A DNA stretch of 38,019 bases from a virus (taxonomy: Duplodnaviria > Caudoviricetes), in IMG/VR virus record IMGVR_UViG_3300033067_000507, positions 1-38,019 of that record. The stretch is one strand, 5' to 3'. Below the pieces are notes generated by a model, which saw nothing but the letters and a program-made list of their open reading frames with translations, had not been told where the DNA came from and ran no database searches. The first letter of the stretch is position 1. Each line of letters starts with the position of its first letter. Both the position numbers and the translations under genes were made by a program. This document shows positions 26,197 to 36,333 of this stretch, one piece after another.

Positions 26197-27600
26197 CTAT
26201 TTGCTCATGGAAGGCTTAGGTACTATTTCTGTACCACTATCGATAACTTTCCTAGAAGGTTGATTTATAGGTAAGTTTACACTACTTTTTATAGCCCCTT
26301 CGGCTGGAGCTGGTAATCCTAACACTTCACTAACTCCCATTTCTGGAGTAATCAAACCTTTTATTTCTTTACTATTTAATAATTTTGCAATACGTGCCTG
26401 TATTCCAGGGTCTGAAAAGAATTTCTTAGTCAAGAATCCAGAAACACCTGTAACATCTCCACTAGATAGCATTATCCAATCTGATAGACTAACACCATTT
26501 AACAGGCTTTTATCTATTATCTTATCTCCAAGATTGTCTATTATAAATTTAGATAGTTGTGTTTGTTTATTTAATTCACTTATGTTTTTAAAACCTAGAG
26601 ATTCAGCTTTTTTAGCTTGCCAATTTCTTAATGTATCATCAATATATGTAGCCTTTTGAACAGCGTCTGGGTTAATCAGTTTGCTATAACCAAGTTTTAC
26701 ATTCTTTTCAAAAAGCCTCTTAACTTCATTGATTTCAGACATATCAAGACCGCCAGAATTATATTTAGTTAATAACTCTTTCGCTCTATCAAGATATGGA
26801 GCTTTTACATTATCACTCGATACAGATTCAGCTCTACTAACTAGATTATTCAAAGCATCTTTTATAGAGCCATCTTCAAATCTTCCAGGCAGTTTAGCAA
26901 ATGATTCATCAACTGATTTTATAGAAGATATGAACTTTTCTGCTTCATTGGTAACTATTTTATCTGGTCTATTAAAGTTTCCTGTTTCAGTTAGATATTG
27001 ACCAACTGTCTTACCGTCTGATAGCTCTGTAAACCTTCTAGCGTCACTAGGATTTAGTCTAGCAACTCTATTCATTATTTCTTCACTTTTTGGGATAAAC
27101 TTTTCTGCTATTTTTAATCCTTTATTACTTAGAGATTCTTTAGCTAGATTTACTCCAGTTTTTGCAAATTGTACACCACCTTTTACTAACTGTTCTGCTC
27201 CAAGTACATCTCCTGCACCCGTTACGGTATCAAGAACTGTGCTTGCTGTAGCTTCGAGTGGAGACAGACTACCTTCTGTAACTTGTTTAGCCTTATCAGT
27301 AAACTCTGATTGTATAGTCTTTGACATATCTCCAGAAGGTAAAGGGAATTCTCCTGATAATGGGGCTTTACCTAAAACACCTCTACCCATATCAATAGGC
27401 GAGGCAAGGGCAGACACTCCAAATTTAACAGCAGGGTCTACTAGAATCTGTGTCGCCGCTTTTGGTAATCCTTTAATAGTTTCTGTAAAAAGATTAGATG
27501 TACCTGCTTCTGTTGTATCAACTGGATTAGACAAAGAATTTATCTTATCTGGTGTAGCTCCTGTTTTTTTAACTGCTTGTTCAAAAGTATAGATAGCCAT
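26197..27600 (-). CDS. Probable internal virion (ejection) protein
   Basis: Large helical protein in podovirus synteny. Confidence 0.55.
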   Translation of the reverse strand: MAIYTFEQAVKKTGATPDKINSLSNPVDTTEAGTSNLFTETIKGLPKAATQILVDPAVKFGVSALASPIDMGRGVLGKAPLSGEFPLPSGDMSKTIQSEFTDKAKQVTEGSLSPLEATASTVLDTVTGAGDVLGAEQLVKGGVQFAKTGVNLAKESLSNKGLKIAEKFIPKSEEIMNRVARLNPSDARRFTELSDGKTVGQYLTETGNFNRPDKIVTNEAEKFISSIKSVDESFAKLPGRFEDGSIKDALNNLVSRAESVSSDNVKAPYLDRAKELLTKYNSGGLDMSEINEVKRLFEKNVKLGYSKLINPDAVQKATYIDDTLRNWQAKKAESLGFKNISELNKQTQLSKFIIDNLGDKIIDKSLLNGVSLSDWIMLSSGDVTGVSGFLTKKFFSDPGIQARIAKLLNSKEIKGLITPEMGVSEVLGLPAPAEGAIKSSVNLPINQPSRKVIDSGTEIVPKPSMSK

Positions 27601-27604
27601 ATGT

Positions 27605-29293
27605 TTATATATTATCAGTTAAAGTACCGTCTGGTAATACTCTTAATTTTGTGCCATTCATATCTAATAGTTCACCAACTTTTCTTGGTACTCCACCAAC
27701 ATTGACTATAGAATAGCCATAAATAGACAGTTGATTAGATTGCAGAGAGTTGTCTAATGTTTGTTTCATTGATGTGGCTAAAGAATTTAGTTTTTTAGAA
27801 CCATCTGAACCAAAAAATAATGATTGATTAAATTCACCTGGTAACAAGTTTGAATATCTATCATATTCTTGTGGCGTAACCGTTGCTCCAGAACGTGCTT
27901 TTAAAAGTTTATTTAAAAACTCCTGTCTAAATGTTAAATAATCTTGCCTATCTTGTGTTGTAAATACTTGACCAGCTAAGCCTCCAATTAAACCAGTATA
28001 TAGCTTTGGGAATTTCTCTTGTAAAGAAGGTAAAGTTTGTCTAACTATTTCAGACATAGCAATAATACCGTCTTCTTGTGCTGGACTTAATGCAGAAGAT
28101 TTAACACCAGTATTTGTTGAAACTAATGCACCGTCTGGCTTCTTCATTTGTTTTGCTAACATGGTCACTTGACCAACACTTAACCCTGCTTGTTTTAATT
28201 CAGATGGAGAAGGAAGTTTGCCAGTATCAGAAAATTGCTGTGAATAGGCAGTTAAATTATCTGCTTTTACACCAGAATTTCCTGTAAGTAAGGTTGCCTC
28301 TGCTCTAGTTTTTTCAATATCAGCCTTTTTTTCTTGTATTTGAACTGCTTTTAATTGGTCATCAATACTTACTACTCCATTTCTGGCTGCAATAGCAACT
28401 ACTTCCTCTGGAGTTGTAGCTTTTTGCATTTCACTCAATACTCCAGTTCCTTTACCTATAGATGAAGCAATATCCATATACTTTAGTTTTGTATCTTCCA
28501 AAGTCTTTATTCTATCTTCCTCTTTCTTATAGTTTCTATCTTCTTCTTTTATCTTTGTTTGGAAAGCTCTGTCTTCTGATTTAGTTAAATTATCTTTGTT
28601 ATCTTCATATATAGTTTTTAAATAATCAGCTTTTAATTTAAGAGGCTCTAGTTGAAGCTGTATTTTTCTATCTATATTGGTTTGTGCGGTTGTTAAATTT
28701 CTATTTTTAACATCTTGGATAATAGACAAATCAGCTAGTTGGCTTGCATATTTTCTTGATATGTCTCTACTTGCAGAAGCTCTACCTGCGTCTGTAAGAC
28801 CAGCAGAATCTAACGCTTTTAGTTCATTTTGATAAGCTCTCTGTGTGGTTTCTATTTGATTAGTTATATCAGTAGCTTCTTGACTTAATTTTGGTATATT
28901 TGCATTTGTTTCAAGAGTTGACCTACTATTTTGAACTCCCATTATTTGGTCTACAACTGAACCATAATCAGCCTTAGCTTGTGAAGCCTGATTCTTTGCA
29001 TTTATAAGGTCTAACTCTTGTTGTTTAGCTACACTATCTTTAGCTTGTTGCAGATTAGCCTCTGTCGCCCCAATAATGCCAGTAGCAACTGTGCTTGCTG
29101 TTGGCTCTGGTAGTTTTAACTTTGGTTGTGTGTTCTTTAGTACATCAGAATTTATAACTCCCTTACCAGCGACAAACTCACTATTAACTCCTTGAGATTT
29201 TAAACCTTGATTAAAGGCGTCTATATTAGCCTGTTCCTGTGGAGTAACTGTAAGTAGTGTATTTGTATTGTTATTTACTGTATTAGGTTGCAT
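27605..29293 (-). CDS. Probable internal virion (ejection) protein
   Basis: Gln/Ala-rich coiled coil, RSGATVT..EY motif; follows the nozzle gene. Confidence 0.6.
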   Translation of the reverse strand: MQPNTVNNNTNTLLTVTPQEQANIDAFNQGLKSQGVNSEFVAGKGVINSDVLKNTQPKLKLPEPTASTVATGIIGATEANLQQAKDSVAKQQELDLINAKNQASQAKADYGSVVDQIMGVQNSRSTLETNANIPKLSQEATDITNQIETTQRAYQNELKALDSAGLTDAGRASASRDISRKYASQLADLSIIQDVKNRNLTTAQTNIDRKIQLQLEPLKLKADYLKTIYEDNKDNLTKSEDRAFQTKIKEEDRNYKKEEDRIKTLEDTKLKYMDIASSIGKGTGVLSEMQKATTPEEVVAIAARNGVVSIDDQLKAVQIQEKKADIEKTRAEATLLTGNSGVKADNLTAYSQQFSDTGKLPSPSELKQAGLSVGQVTMLAKQMKKPDGALVSTNTGVKSSALSPAQEDGIIAMSEIVRQTLPSLQEKFPKLYTGLIGGLAGQVFTTQDRQDYLTFRQEFLNKLLKARSGATVTPQEYDRYSNLLPGEFNQSLFFGSDGSKKLNSLATSMKQTLDNSLQSNQLSIYGYSIVNVGGVPRKVGELLDMNGTKLRVLPDGTLTDNI

Positions 29294-29309
29294 TTTGTTA
29301 TATTATATA

Positions 29310-31097
29310 CTAATTTATTAAAATATTCGATTTATTTGTCAAGAGCATATCGTGGAAATCAAATCTGCCAGTCTTAACTATATAAACCTTAAACTGTACC
29401 CATGTATCAATATCGTTTATTGGGCTTCTTTTATACTTTTCTGTATATGAAGTTACAGTTCCTATAGTCTTCCATTTTTGGAATCGTGCCTTGCCTGTAG
29501 TTCCAGAAGCTCCAGTAAATGTATCAGCTGTTTGTACAGTATATCCACCATCAATGTTAGCAATTGTTGATATCTTTCCAGACCAAGTTCCTTGAAGTAT
29601 CTCTACTTCATCTCCTATAGCAAAGTCTGACAAATCTTCTGGACAATTAAACACTGTATCACTTAACCAAGTTATAGTCCCTTCCACAGAATCAATTTCA
29701 TCAGTTCTATATTTAAATACTATTTTATCTCCACTTGTGTTTAGTTTAGAGAATCTAGCGTATAAGTCGTTAAAAGTGTCTTGTATATTAGTTGCGTATA
29801 TCTTTGGAGTTACAAAATATCCAGCTTTTTGCCATACGTCATTTGAATCGTTATAGAATATAGCATTTAATGTAGATGTAGCGTCTGTATAATACTTTGC
29901 ACCAAGAATATAAGTACCATTTGTACTTCCTGCTGTTAATGCGTTGTCTGGCACATTTATATATGAAATAGCACCAACTTCACTTAATTTTTGTTGACCA
30001 TAATCAGAAGGTGATTCTGTATCTGTAAGATACCCTACACCTTTTTTATGATACAGACCTGTTTTTGGTGTGTATTCCCAAACTCCAGAAGGGAAGTTCT
30101 CAATTGATTTAGAAGCTGGATAACCAGTAGTCCATGGAGCAGAATTAACTAATATTTCAATATCTCCTTTGTCGCTTAAGGTCATTCCATTATAGTGAAC
30201 AGGTCTATTTGTAGCACCACCAAAGTAAGAACCAAATGATTCTTCTTCAATGGGGAATCTATCAAGATATGGCTCTCCATTATCACCTCCAAATGTACCT
30301 CCATTAAATCTTAGTAGTCTACCTTTAGTATCTATAACGTAAGGTACGTCATCTTTAATTACACAGGCTAGTGTGCCAGCAGAATCTAGTTTATAAGTTT
30401 CATTAACTGATGTTTGACTACCGTCCCATGAATATATACGTCCATCTGTACCAGAATAGTTTATAGTTCCAATCCAAATACGACTAGAAGTTGATTTAAT
30501 CCATGTTATTACTGATACATTAGCGTCTTGAATGAGTTGAAGTGTGTATTGATTACCCAATGTAGCAGTAGTATTTGCACTATCAATTGACCCTATACCT
30601 TTGCTATCATCATCAACAAAGTAAAGTCTATTTTGAGCTCTAAAATACTCCAAATCATGTAAACCTGATGTGTTTGTTACCTTATTAGCTAGAGTTGTGA
30701 AAGTTCCTGCTGTACCAAGTGTGTAAAGGTTTCTAGTTGTAGAAGAAATGTATAGATAACCAAAAGCAATTTCTAAGTCTGAATAGTTTGAGGATAGGTT
30801 AGTTGGACCTCCAGACGAATCCTCACTAAAAGCGGAATTTTGAGCACCATTTGCAGAAAATAGTCTATCTCCAGCAATAGCCCAAAACTTTTTTAAAGTA
30901 GTCTTAAAATATTTAAATGCACTTGGTACACCAAGATTAGCTGCGTCACTAGACTTAACATTAACCATCATTCTTGGAGATATTCTCAACTCACCTTTCT
31001 TTGCAGTTAAATCAAGATTATATGATGACCATATAGAAGCGAAGATATCGCCTTCATTGCTTTGTCTCCATTGTTGTTGTATAGGTAGTTTAATCAT
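29310..31097 (-). CDS. Probable tail nozzle/hub protein
   Basis: 595 aa, beta-propeller-like composition; synteny with P22 gp10-type genes. Confidence 0.6.
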   Translation of the reverse strand: MIKLPIQQQWRQSNEGDIFASIWSSYNLDLTAKKGELRISPRMMVNVKSSDAANLGVPSAFKYFKTTLKKFWAIAGDRLFSANGAQNSAFSEDSSGGPTNLSSNYSDLEIAFGYLYISSTTRNLYTLGTAGTFTTLANKVTNTSGLHDLEYFRAQNRLYFVDDDSKGIGSIDSANTTATLGNQYTLQLIQDANVSVITWIKSTSSRIWIGTINYSGTDGRIYSWDGSQTSVNETYKLDSAGTLACVIKDDVPYVIDTKGRLLRFNGGTFGGDNGEPYLDRFPIEEESFGSYFGGATNRPVHYNGMTLSDKGDIEILVNSAPWTTGYPASKSIENFPSGVWEYTPKTGLYHKKGVGYLTDTESPSDYGQQKLSEVGAISYINVPDNALTAGSTNGTYILGAKYYTDATSTLNAIFYNDSNDVWQKAGYFVTPKIYATNIQDTFNDLYARFSKLNTSGDKIVFKYRTDEIDSVEGTITWLSDTVFNCPEDLSDFAIGDEVEILQGTWSGKISTIANIDGGYTVQTADTFTGASGTTGKARFQKWKTIGTVTSYTEKYKRSPINDIDTWVQFKVYIVKTGRFDFHDMLLTNKSNILIN

Positions 31098-31387
31098 AGA
31101 TAATATGGGATATAAAATAAGCTAGTACCTGAAACGTATTCTACAAATCCATCTACAGGTTTTGCTACGTTATAAGTACCAGAACCTCCTTCACTAACTG
31201 CCTGTGTCTCAGTTGAAGCTGCCTTAGATGAATTCTTTAATGAAAAGCTAAATCTAGCTTTAAATGCTTGGTCTATTGATAGTGGAATTGAACTAGAAGA
31301 CATTAAACTACGATTAAAGGTCTGTAATTCTCTTACAGTTCTTTTCAAATCCTCTATTTCTAGTTTTAATGCTTGTGTCTCATTCAT
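31094..31387 (-). CDS. Small virion protein
   Basis: Coiled coil, then C-terminal YIPYY. Confidence 0.6.
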   Translation of the reverse strand: MNETQALKLEIEDLKRTVRELQTFNRSLMSSSSIPLSIDQAFKARFSFSLKNSSKAASTETQAVSEGGSGTYNVAKPVDGFVEYVSGTSLFYIPYYL

Positions 31388-31388
31388 A

Positions 31389-32270
31389 TTATTTATCTTG
31401 ATTTAACCAAGTAGAAGTATTCTTATCTGGATTAGTATATTCTCTAAGAGTTTGTACAACTGGAGCATTTATACCTATTGTCACATTTAATACACCTACA
31501 GATACATTTACACCTGTTTGAACTGTTGGGGCTGGCAAACTTACAGTAACTGTTAGCACATCAGCAGTAATATTTACATCTTGTAGTGGCTTAATAGCAA
31601 TAATTAGTGAGGCACAGTCTGTTGTTGCGTCACCGTCTGAAACAAAAGATGTATTACCAGTCGCTGTAGTCTGTGGTCTATTAGCATAAGCACCTGCAAT
31701 AGTTAATGTTGTAGAGTTATGATTATCGTAGGCTTCTGTCCACGAAGGATTATCTGTAGCGATAGCATAACCACTTGTGACTTTTGTAGTAGAACTACCT
31801 GCATAGTGATGAACAAACATTAAAAGTAAACAGTCTGCAAAAGTCGGTGTAATAGTATTTGCTAGTGAAGGTGTTTCATCATTATTTACAAAAGCACCAG
31901 AAAAGCCAGATGAAGCATTTATTGGTGCAGAAATACTATGTCCACTAATTCTATAAATAACACCTGCAATAAGGTCTGCCGCAGAACTAATAGTAAATGT
32001 GAAGTTAGCAGCCGCAACATCACTTGAATCAGCAATCTTATAAAGTGCTGCAATTCCTGAACTACTTATACCAGTATCATTACCTTGTGTGTCTGTAGCT
32101 GTTGTCCAACCAGCTAAACTCCATGTTCTTGAGTTCTGGTCGTTATCAGAACGTGACAAATGTACAACCATCAAATCACCAGCAGATAGACCTGTTGGTT
32201 TAGTTACTGTTATTGTAGTAGTAAAACTTGCTCTAGCTACTGATGATACTGATTGTACTGATACTGCCAT
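31389..32270 (-). CDS. Virion beta-sandwich protein
   Basis: VTKPTGLSAGDLMVV motif; Thr/Ser-rich. Confidence 0.65.
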   Translation of the reverse strand: MAVSVQSVSSVARASFTTTITVTKPTGLSAGDLMVVHLSRSDNDQNSRTWSLAGWTTATDTQGNDTGISSSGIAALYKIADSSDVAAANFTFTISSAADLIAGVIYRISGHSISAPINASSGFSGAFVNNDETPSLANTITPTFADCLLLMFVHHYAGSSTTKVTSGYAIATDNPSWTEAYDNHNSTTLTIAGAYANRPQTTATGNTSFVSDGDATTDCASLIIAIKPLQDVNITADVLTVTVSLPAPTVQTGVNVSVGVLNVTIGINAPVVQTLREYTNPDKNTSTWLNQDK

Positions 32271-32271
32271 T

Positions 32272-32700
32272 TTAATTTATATTTAATATACCTTCTGTGT
32301 TGAATGTTATCTGGAATGTTCCACCGTCTGATGTTTTATCAGCCCCAAAGTCTATATAACCAATAAGAGGTGAAGTAGAAGCTACGCCAGTAGATTTATA
32401 CAGAATTGCACCTCTTGCAGTTATAGAAGATGTAGTCCATGTGACATCAGCCGCGTCAAACACTGCTTTATCATTTGTATTGTCTTGTGTAACTGTCTTA
32501 CTAGCTAGGGTAGCACCTCCAGCAGTATAACCAGTACCCGATACCTCATTTGTAATATCATTAAAGAAGTCATGGCTATCAATCGATGGTGAATATGTTG
32601 ATGTAACCAAAGCTACCTTAATTGTATCAGAAGAAAAGTTTATCTTTGTAGATGTATCTATTAAATTTAATTTATAACTGTTATATATTACGCTTGCCAT
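32272..32700 (-). CDS. Conserved virion structural protein
   Basis: DTIKVALV, GTGYTAGG and FDAADVTW motifs. Confidence 0.75.
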   Translation of the reverse strand: MASVIYNSYKLNLIDTSTKINFSSDTIKVALVTSTYSPSIDSHDFFNDITNEVSGTGYTAGGATLASKTVTQDNTNDKAVFDAADVTWTTSSITARGAILYKSTGVASTSPLIGYIDFGADKTSDGGTFQITFNTEGILNIN

Positions 32701-32718
32701 TTTATTATTTGTTAATTG

Positions 32719-33480
32719 TTAATGTGTATTTTCTACGTTTGCCTTCATATTTGGCTTAACGTCTCTTTGTCTATAACCAAAGAAATCAGCAATCTTTCCA
32801 GTAACTCTTAATCTCTCACTGCCTTCAAGGTCTATAACCTTTTTCTCAAGTTCAGCAAGATTTCTAGTTCCATATATAGTTGCATACTCATATGCTGGCT
32901 TTAGATAGAAATATTCATGATATACAGGTACTCCAATCACCTTAGTAGTATCAGAAGTTGTAGGATATGAGCCTTCACGATTAACTACTATTTTTAAACC
33001 ATTAGTTGCAGAATAATTTGGAATTAAATCCAAAAATACAGCATTAGCCATTTTACCGTATTGAGTTGGTCTACCAGTCCTCGTATCAAGTAAGATATTA
33101 CTATCTTTTGTTATAAGTTCATCTACAGGGTTTATCTCAATATATTTAGTAGCAGTAGAAGAAGGTAAAATTAAAACCTTTGAAACATCTACAACTCTAT
33201 TTGAGTTTTCATCTGTAATAAAAGGGTAGTCACGTCTACCTGAAACTATAGATGTAGTTATGATTTGATAGTCTGTATGATTTATGTCATCAGCTTCCCA
33301 TGTACCAGCATTTTTAGCCCAGATAAGAAGGTAGTTATCTAGTGCTAGACAAACTCTTGCTATAAATTCTGCAAGTTTTTCTGAATCATTAGAAATAGTA
33401 CCGTAATCCAAACCCAACTCTTTTTCATATAGTTGTACTAGACCTCTCTTTGTTGTTGTATTATTTATTTGCAGTGACAT
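32719..33480 (-). CDS. Probable head-tail adaptor
   Basis: IVSGRRDY, GRPTQY and YHEY pattern; position after the capsid gene. Confidence 0.6.
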   Translation of the reverse strand: MSLQINNTTTKRGLVQLYEKELGLDYGTISNDSEKLAEFIARVCLALDNYLLIWAKNAGTWEADDINHTDYQIITTSIVSGRRDYPFITDENSNRVVDVSKVLILPSSTATKYIEINPVDELITKDSNILLDTRTGRPTQYGKMANAVFLDLIPNYSATNGLKIVVNREGSYPTTSDTTKVIGVPVYHEYFYLKPAYEYATIYGTRNLAELEKKVIDLEGSERLRVTGKIADFFGYRQRDVKPNMKANVENTH

Positions 33481-33571
33481 TTTTATGGAGTTATTTGGAT
33501 AAACAATTGTTACTTTTCAATAACATCGACCCGATTATTTATCCGAACAACCCCACAATGGGGTTTGTTGG

Positions 33572-33688
33572 TTAGTTTTCAGAAGCTACGCCCTGACACT
33601 TTCCTAGAACACTGAATGTTCCTGCACCAGCTGGCACACCAACACTTCCTTGTATTCCAATTGCAATATTTTTTGTTTTTGTACTCAT
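33572..33688 (-). CDS. Small Gly-rich protein (38 aa)
   Basis: MSTKTKNIAIGIQGSVGVPAGAGTFSVLGKCQGVASEN; followed by a hairpin at 33543-33571. Confidence 0.5.
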   Translation of the reverse strand: MSTKTKNIAIGIQGSVGVPAGAGTFSVLGKCQGVASEN

Positions 33689-33714
33689 TTTAATAATTTT
33701 ATGATTTGTAATAC

Positions 33715-34020
33715 TTATTTAGTCAAATTATCTTGTCCACCAATTATCAATTTACCTCCTAATGATTGATTTTCTAGTGTATTTAGATTTTTATATGACT
33801 TCAATCTTGCAATAAGAACATCTTTCTTTTCAGCCCACTTCTCCGGATTCTGATAAGCATAAGAATTTAATACTTTTGCGTATTCTTTTTGTGCTCCACT
33901 TGCATTCTCTGGAAGAGTTACAACTAGAGGTAATTCTTTTGGTCTCAAAACCATCGGGTCTGAAACTGTAATCTCATCATTTACTACTTCTGATTTAATT
34001 TCTTTTGTTTTTGTACTCAT
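33715..34020 (-). CDS. Hypothetical protein
   Basis: 101-aa ORF after the capsid gene. Confidence 0.65.
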   Translation of the reverse strand: MSTKTKEIKSEVVNDEITVSDPMVLRPKELPLVVTLPENASGAQKEYAKVLNSYAYQNPEKWAEKKDVLIARLKSYKNLNTLENQSLGGKLIIGGQDNLTK

Positions 34021-34041
34021 TGTTTGTTTTATTTATTATCT

Positions 34042-34098
34042 CCCTGTGGGTATTAAGAGAGTCGTCGGCGGTGAGCAACTCCCCTAACCCCCACAGGG
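34042..34098 (-). ncRNA. Capsid 3'-UTR hairpin with antisense-type loop
   Basis: 9-bp plus 12-bp stems with three G-U pairs on the minus strand; loop CUCACCGCCGA. Confidence 0.7.
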
Positions 34099-34109
34099 GT
34101 TTTTAAGCA

Positions 34110-34967
34110 CTAGGCTAGTGTGATATCAATTACCAATCCAGCATTTTGTGCCCATAGTTTAAAGCCGACTAGACCATAAACTACGATTTCCTTTCCTGTC
34201 TTTCCTGTTACACCCTTTTCTTCATATTGTAGACCTCTTGGCGAAGCATAAGTTGCAGAGCCAGTAACTCCGAATACTCGGTGTCCTGAATTTGTAACTG
34301 ATGTTGTTCCAAGTGTTGCGTCTACGAATGTTCCTGAACGTACTACATAAATATCTGTACCCATCCATGAAGCCATGTAACCATTCTTGATAACTAGGTC
34401 TGATACAGAGAATCCGTTTGTTGCACCTGCAATTGCGAATCCTACCAAATCAGTGTTTTCAATAACGATGAATGTTCCATTTGTACTATTAACATTCTGA
34501 TATCCTGCTACCTTTGATTGAAGGTTAGCCATGATAGTGTTAATGTTTGAAGCTGTTGTGAAACCTCCTACTGGAGTAGTGTAAGTACCTGTTGCGTCTT
34601 CACAAAGATTGTTTAGAACGAACTTATCGATACCAAATGCTACTGCATACATCATGTTGTCAATTCTTGAAGCAGCGATATCAAACACAGAGAAGAATTC
34701 TTCATGTGCTAATACGTGTTCTGCGTAGATGACTTCATCTGTAACTGTCAGAGCGTCATCTGTAACTGTCCATGCAGATACTGAATAAGTACCAGCTACT
34801 GCTTGAATAGTTGCTGTTGGTTGACCTCCGTAAGGGTTCTGGATTCTCTTCAAATCAGAATTATCTACCTTACAAATTTTTTCTGCTACTAGAGCATTTC
34901 TTAAAACGATTGCGTATTGTGATTGGAAATACTTATCTCGATTTCCATAAGTGGACATTGTTCCCAT
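34110..34967 (-). CDS. Major capsid protein (HK97/P22-coat-like)
   Basis: 285 aa following the scaffold; D..LTV and YGLVGFKLW...VIDITLA patterns. Confidence 0.8.
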   Translation of the reverse strand: MGTMSTYGNRDKYFQSQYAIVLRNALVAEKICKVDNSDLKRIQNPYGGQPTATIQAVAGTYSVSAWTVTDDALTVTDEVIYAEHVLAHEEFFSVFDIAASRIDNMMYAVAFGIDKFVLNNLCEDATGTYTTPVGGFTTASNINTIMANLQSKVAGYQNVNSTNGTFIVIENTDLVGFAIAGATNGFSVSDLVIKNGYMASWMGTDIYVVRSGTFVDATLGTTSVTNSGHRVFGVTGSATYASPRGLQYEEKGVTGKTGKEIVVYGLVGFKLWAQNAGLVIDITLA

Positions 34968-35020
34968 AAAGTGATATTTGGATTAAATTAAATTATAATC
35001 CGCCGATATCACCGCCGATT

Positions 35021-35638
35021 CTAACTCTTTCTTCCTCCTCTTCTAGCCCAGAATATCTCTTCTGCGTCCTTAGAGCCTGCTTCTGGAACTTCACCCTTAC
35101 TTAGATTCTTTAGTAGAGCGTCTGGTGTAACTTTATTTACAACTCTCCTTGAAGATGATGTATTAGCTACTTCCTCACTCTTTCTAAATTCTTCTTTTTC
35201 AGATAGAAGTCCTCTGACTACAGGACTCTTTAACGCTTCTGATATAGATACTCCTTTAAATTTGGCATATTCTACAACCTCATCTATGTCATCAGTATGC
35301 ACGTTGGCACGCATGATAGCTATAGTATCAATTGATGAAAGTTGATTTTTGTCATTAGATTTAGTTTCCTTATTCTCTACAACAACATTTCCTTTCTTCA
35401 ATTCTTCTGCGAGTTTTTGAGCTTCTGTTCTATGTTTAATCTTAGCTCCGATAGCAGATGATAACTTTTTATTGTTTTCAATCTCCTTCTTTGTAAGTTT
35501 TTCAATTCTTTCTGAATCTGTTTCTTCATCGAAACCAAATTCTTCAATAATCTTTGCACGAACTTCATCCTCTTTTAACTCTTTAGTAGCTTGCTGTTCG
35601 CTCGCTATTTCTTCCGCACTAACTGTTTTAATATCCAT
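35021..35638 (-). CDS. Capsid scaffolding protein
   Basis: Charged coiled-coil protein immediately upstream of the capsid gene. Confidence 0.7.
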   Translation of the reverse strand: MDIKTVSAEEIASEQQATKELKEDEVRAKIIEEFGFDEETDSERIEKLTKKEIENNKKLSSAIGAKIKHRTEAQKLAEELKKGNVVVENKETKSNDKNQLSSIDTIAIMRANVHTDDIDEVVEYAKFKGVSISEALKSPVVRGLLSEKEEFRKSEEVANTSSSRRVVNKVTPDALLKNLSKGEVPEAGSKDAEEIFWARRGGRKS

Positions 35639-35671
35639 TGGATTTAAAATTTGAGCATTGCTCTTAATATA

Positions 35672-35699
35672 ATAATAACACTTCTAAAAATACATGCAA
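35672..35699 (-). promoter_or_regulatory. Promoter for scaffold and capsid
   Basis: TTGCAT-16-TATTAT with extended -10. Confidence 0.5.
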
Positions 35700-35712
35700 C
35701 TATTTTGTCAAG

Positions 35713-36279
35713 TTATTTTGCAGAATCTTTAGAATTTCTTTCTTTTATTGCTTTCAAGTCTTCTGTCTTCATTTCAGATATTGTCTTAATGAATGAAAGA
35801 CCTGTCTCAATAGTTCTAATATATAGATTTCTAGCTAGTAAATTACATTGTAGAGGGTCTGTTTCAAGATTCTTTACAATATCTAGGTTTACAGGTTCTG
35901 CGTCTGGATTTGATAGTAATTCAATTGCCTGTGTAAGCATAGAGTATAACTTTTCCTTTGATGTAATTGTCTGATAAATAACATCTCTACTGCCTCCAAA
36001 AACATTTGATTCTGTTCCTCCCCAAAAATCTACAACTTGACCTATTGCTATATCTTCATTACATTCAAAAATAGGGAAAATCTTTTTTCTAAAAGACTTC
36101 TTTAAGTCCTCATTCTTGAACATCTCCTTAATAGTCTTCTTACTTTTACTGTCTATTTCAAAACCAAACAATAGTGACCTAATCTTCTTTAAGATAAATT
36201 CATTACCTTGAAAGTATTGTTTTAATAATAAAGATTCTGCTTCGTTAATCGTTGGTTGACTTGCTTTTATATCCGCCAT
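35713..36279 (-). CDS. Hypothetical protein after portal
   Basis: 188-aa ORF ending KDSAK. Confidence 0.7.
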   Translation of the reverse strand: MADIKASQPTINEAESLLLKQYFQGNEFILKKIRSLLFGFEIDSKSKKTIKEMFKNEDLKKSFRKKIFPIFECNEDIAIGQVVDFWGGTESNVFGGSRDVIYQTITSKEKLYSMLTQAIELLSNPDAEPVNLDIVKNLETDPLQCNLLARNLYIRTIETGLSFIKTISEMKTEDLKAIKERNSKDSAK

Positions 36280-36333
36280 AGTTTTATTTTAATTATAATT
36301 GATAATTTAATACGCCATATGATAGACCGCCCA

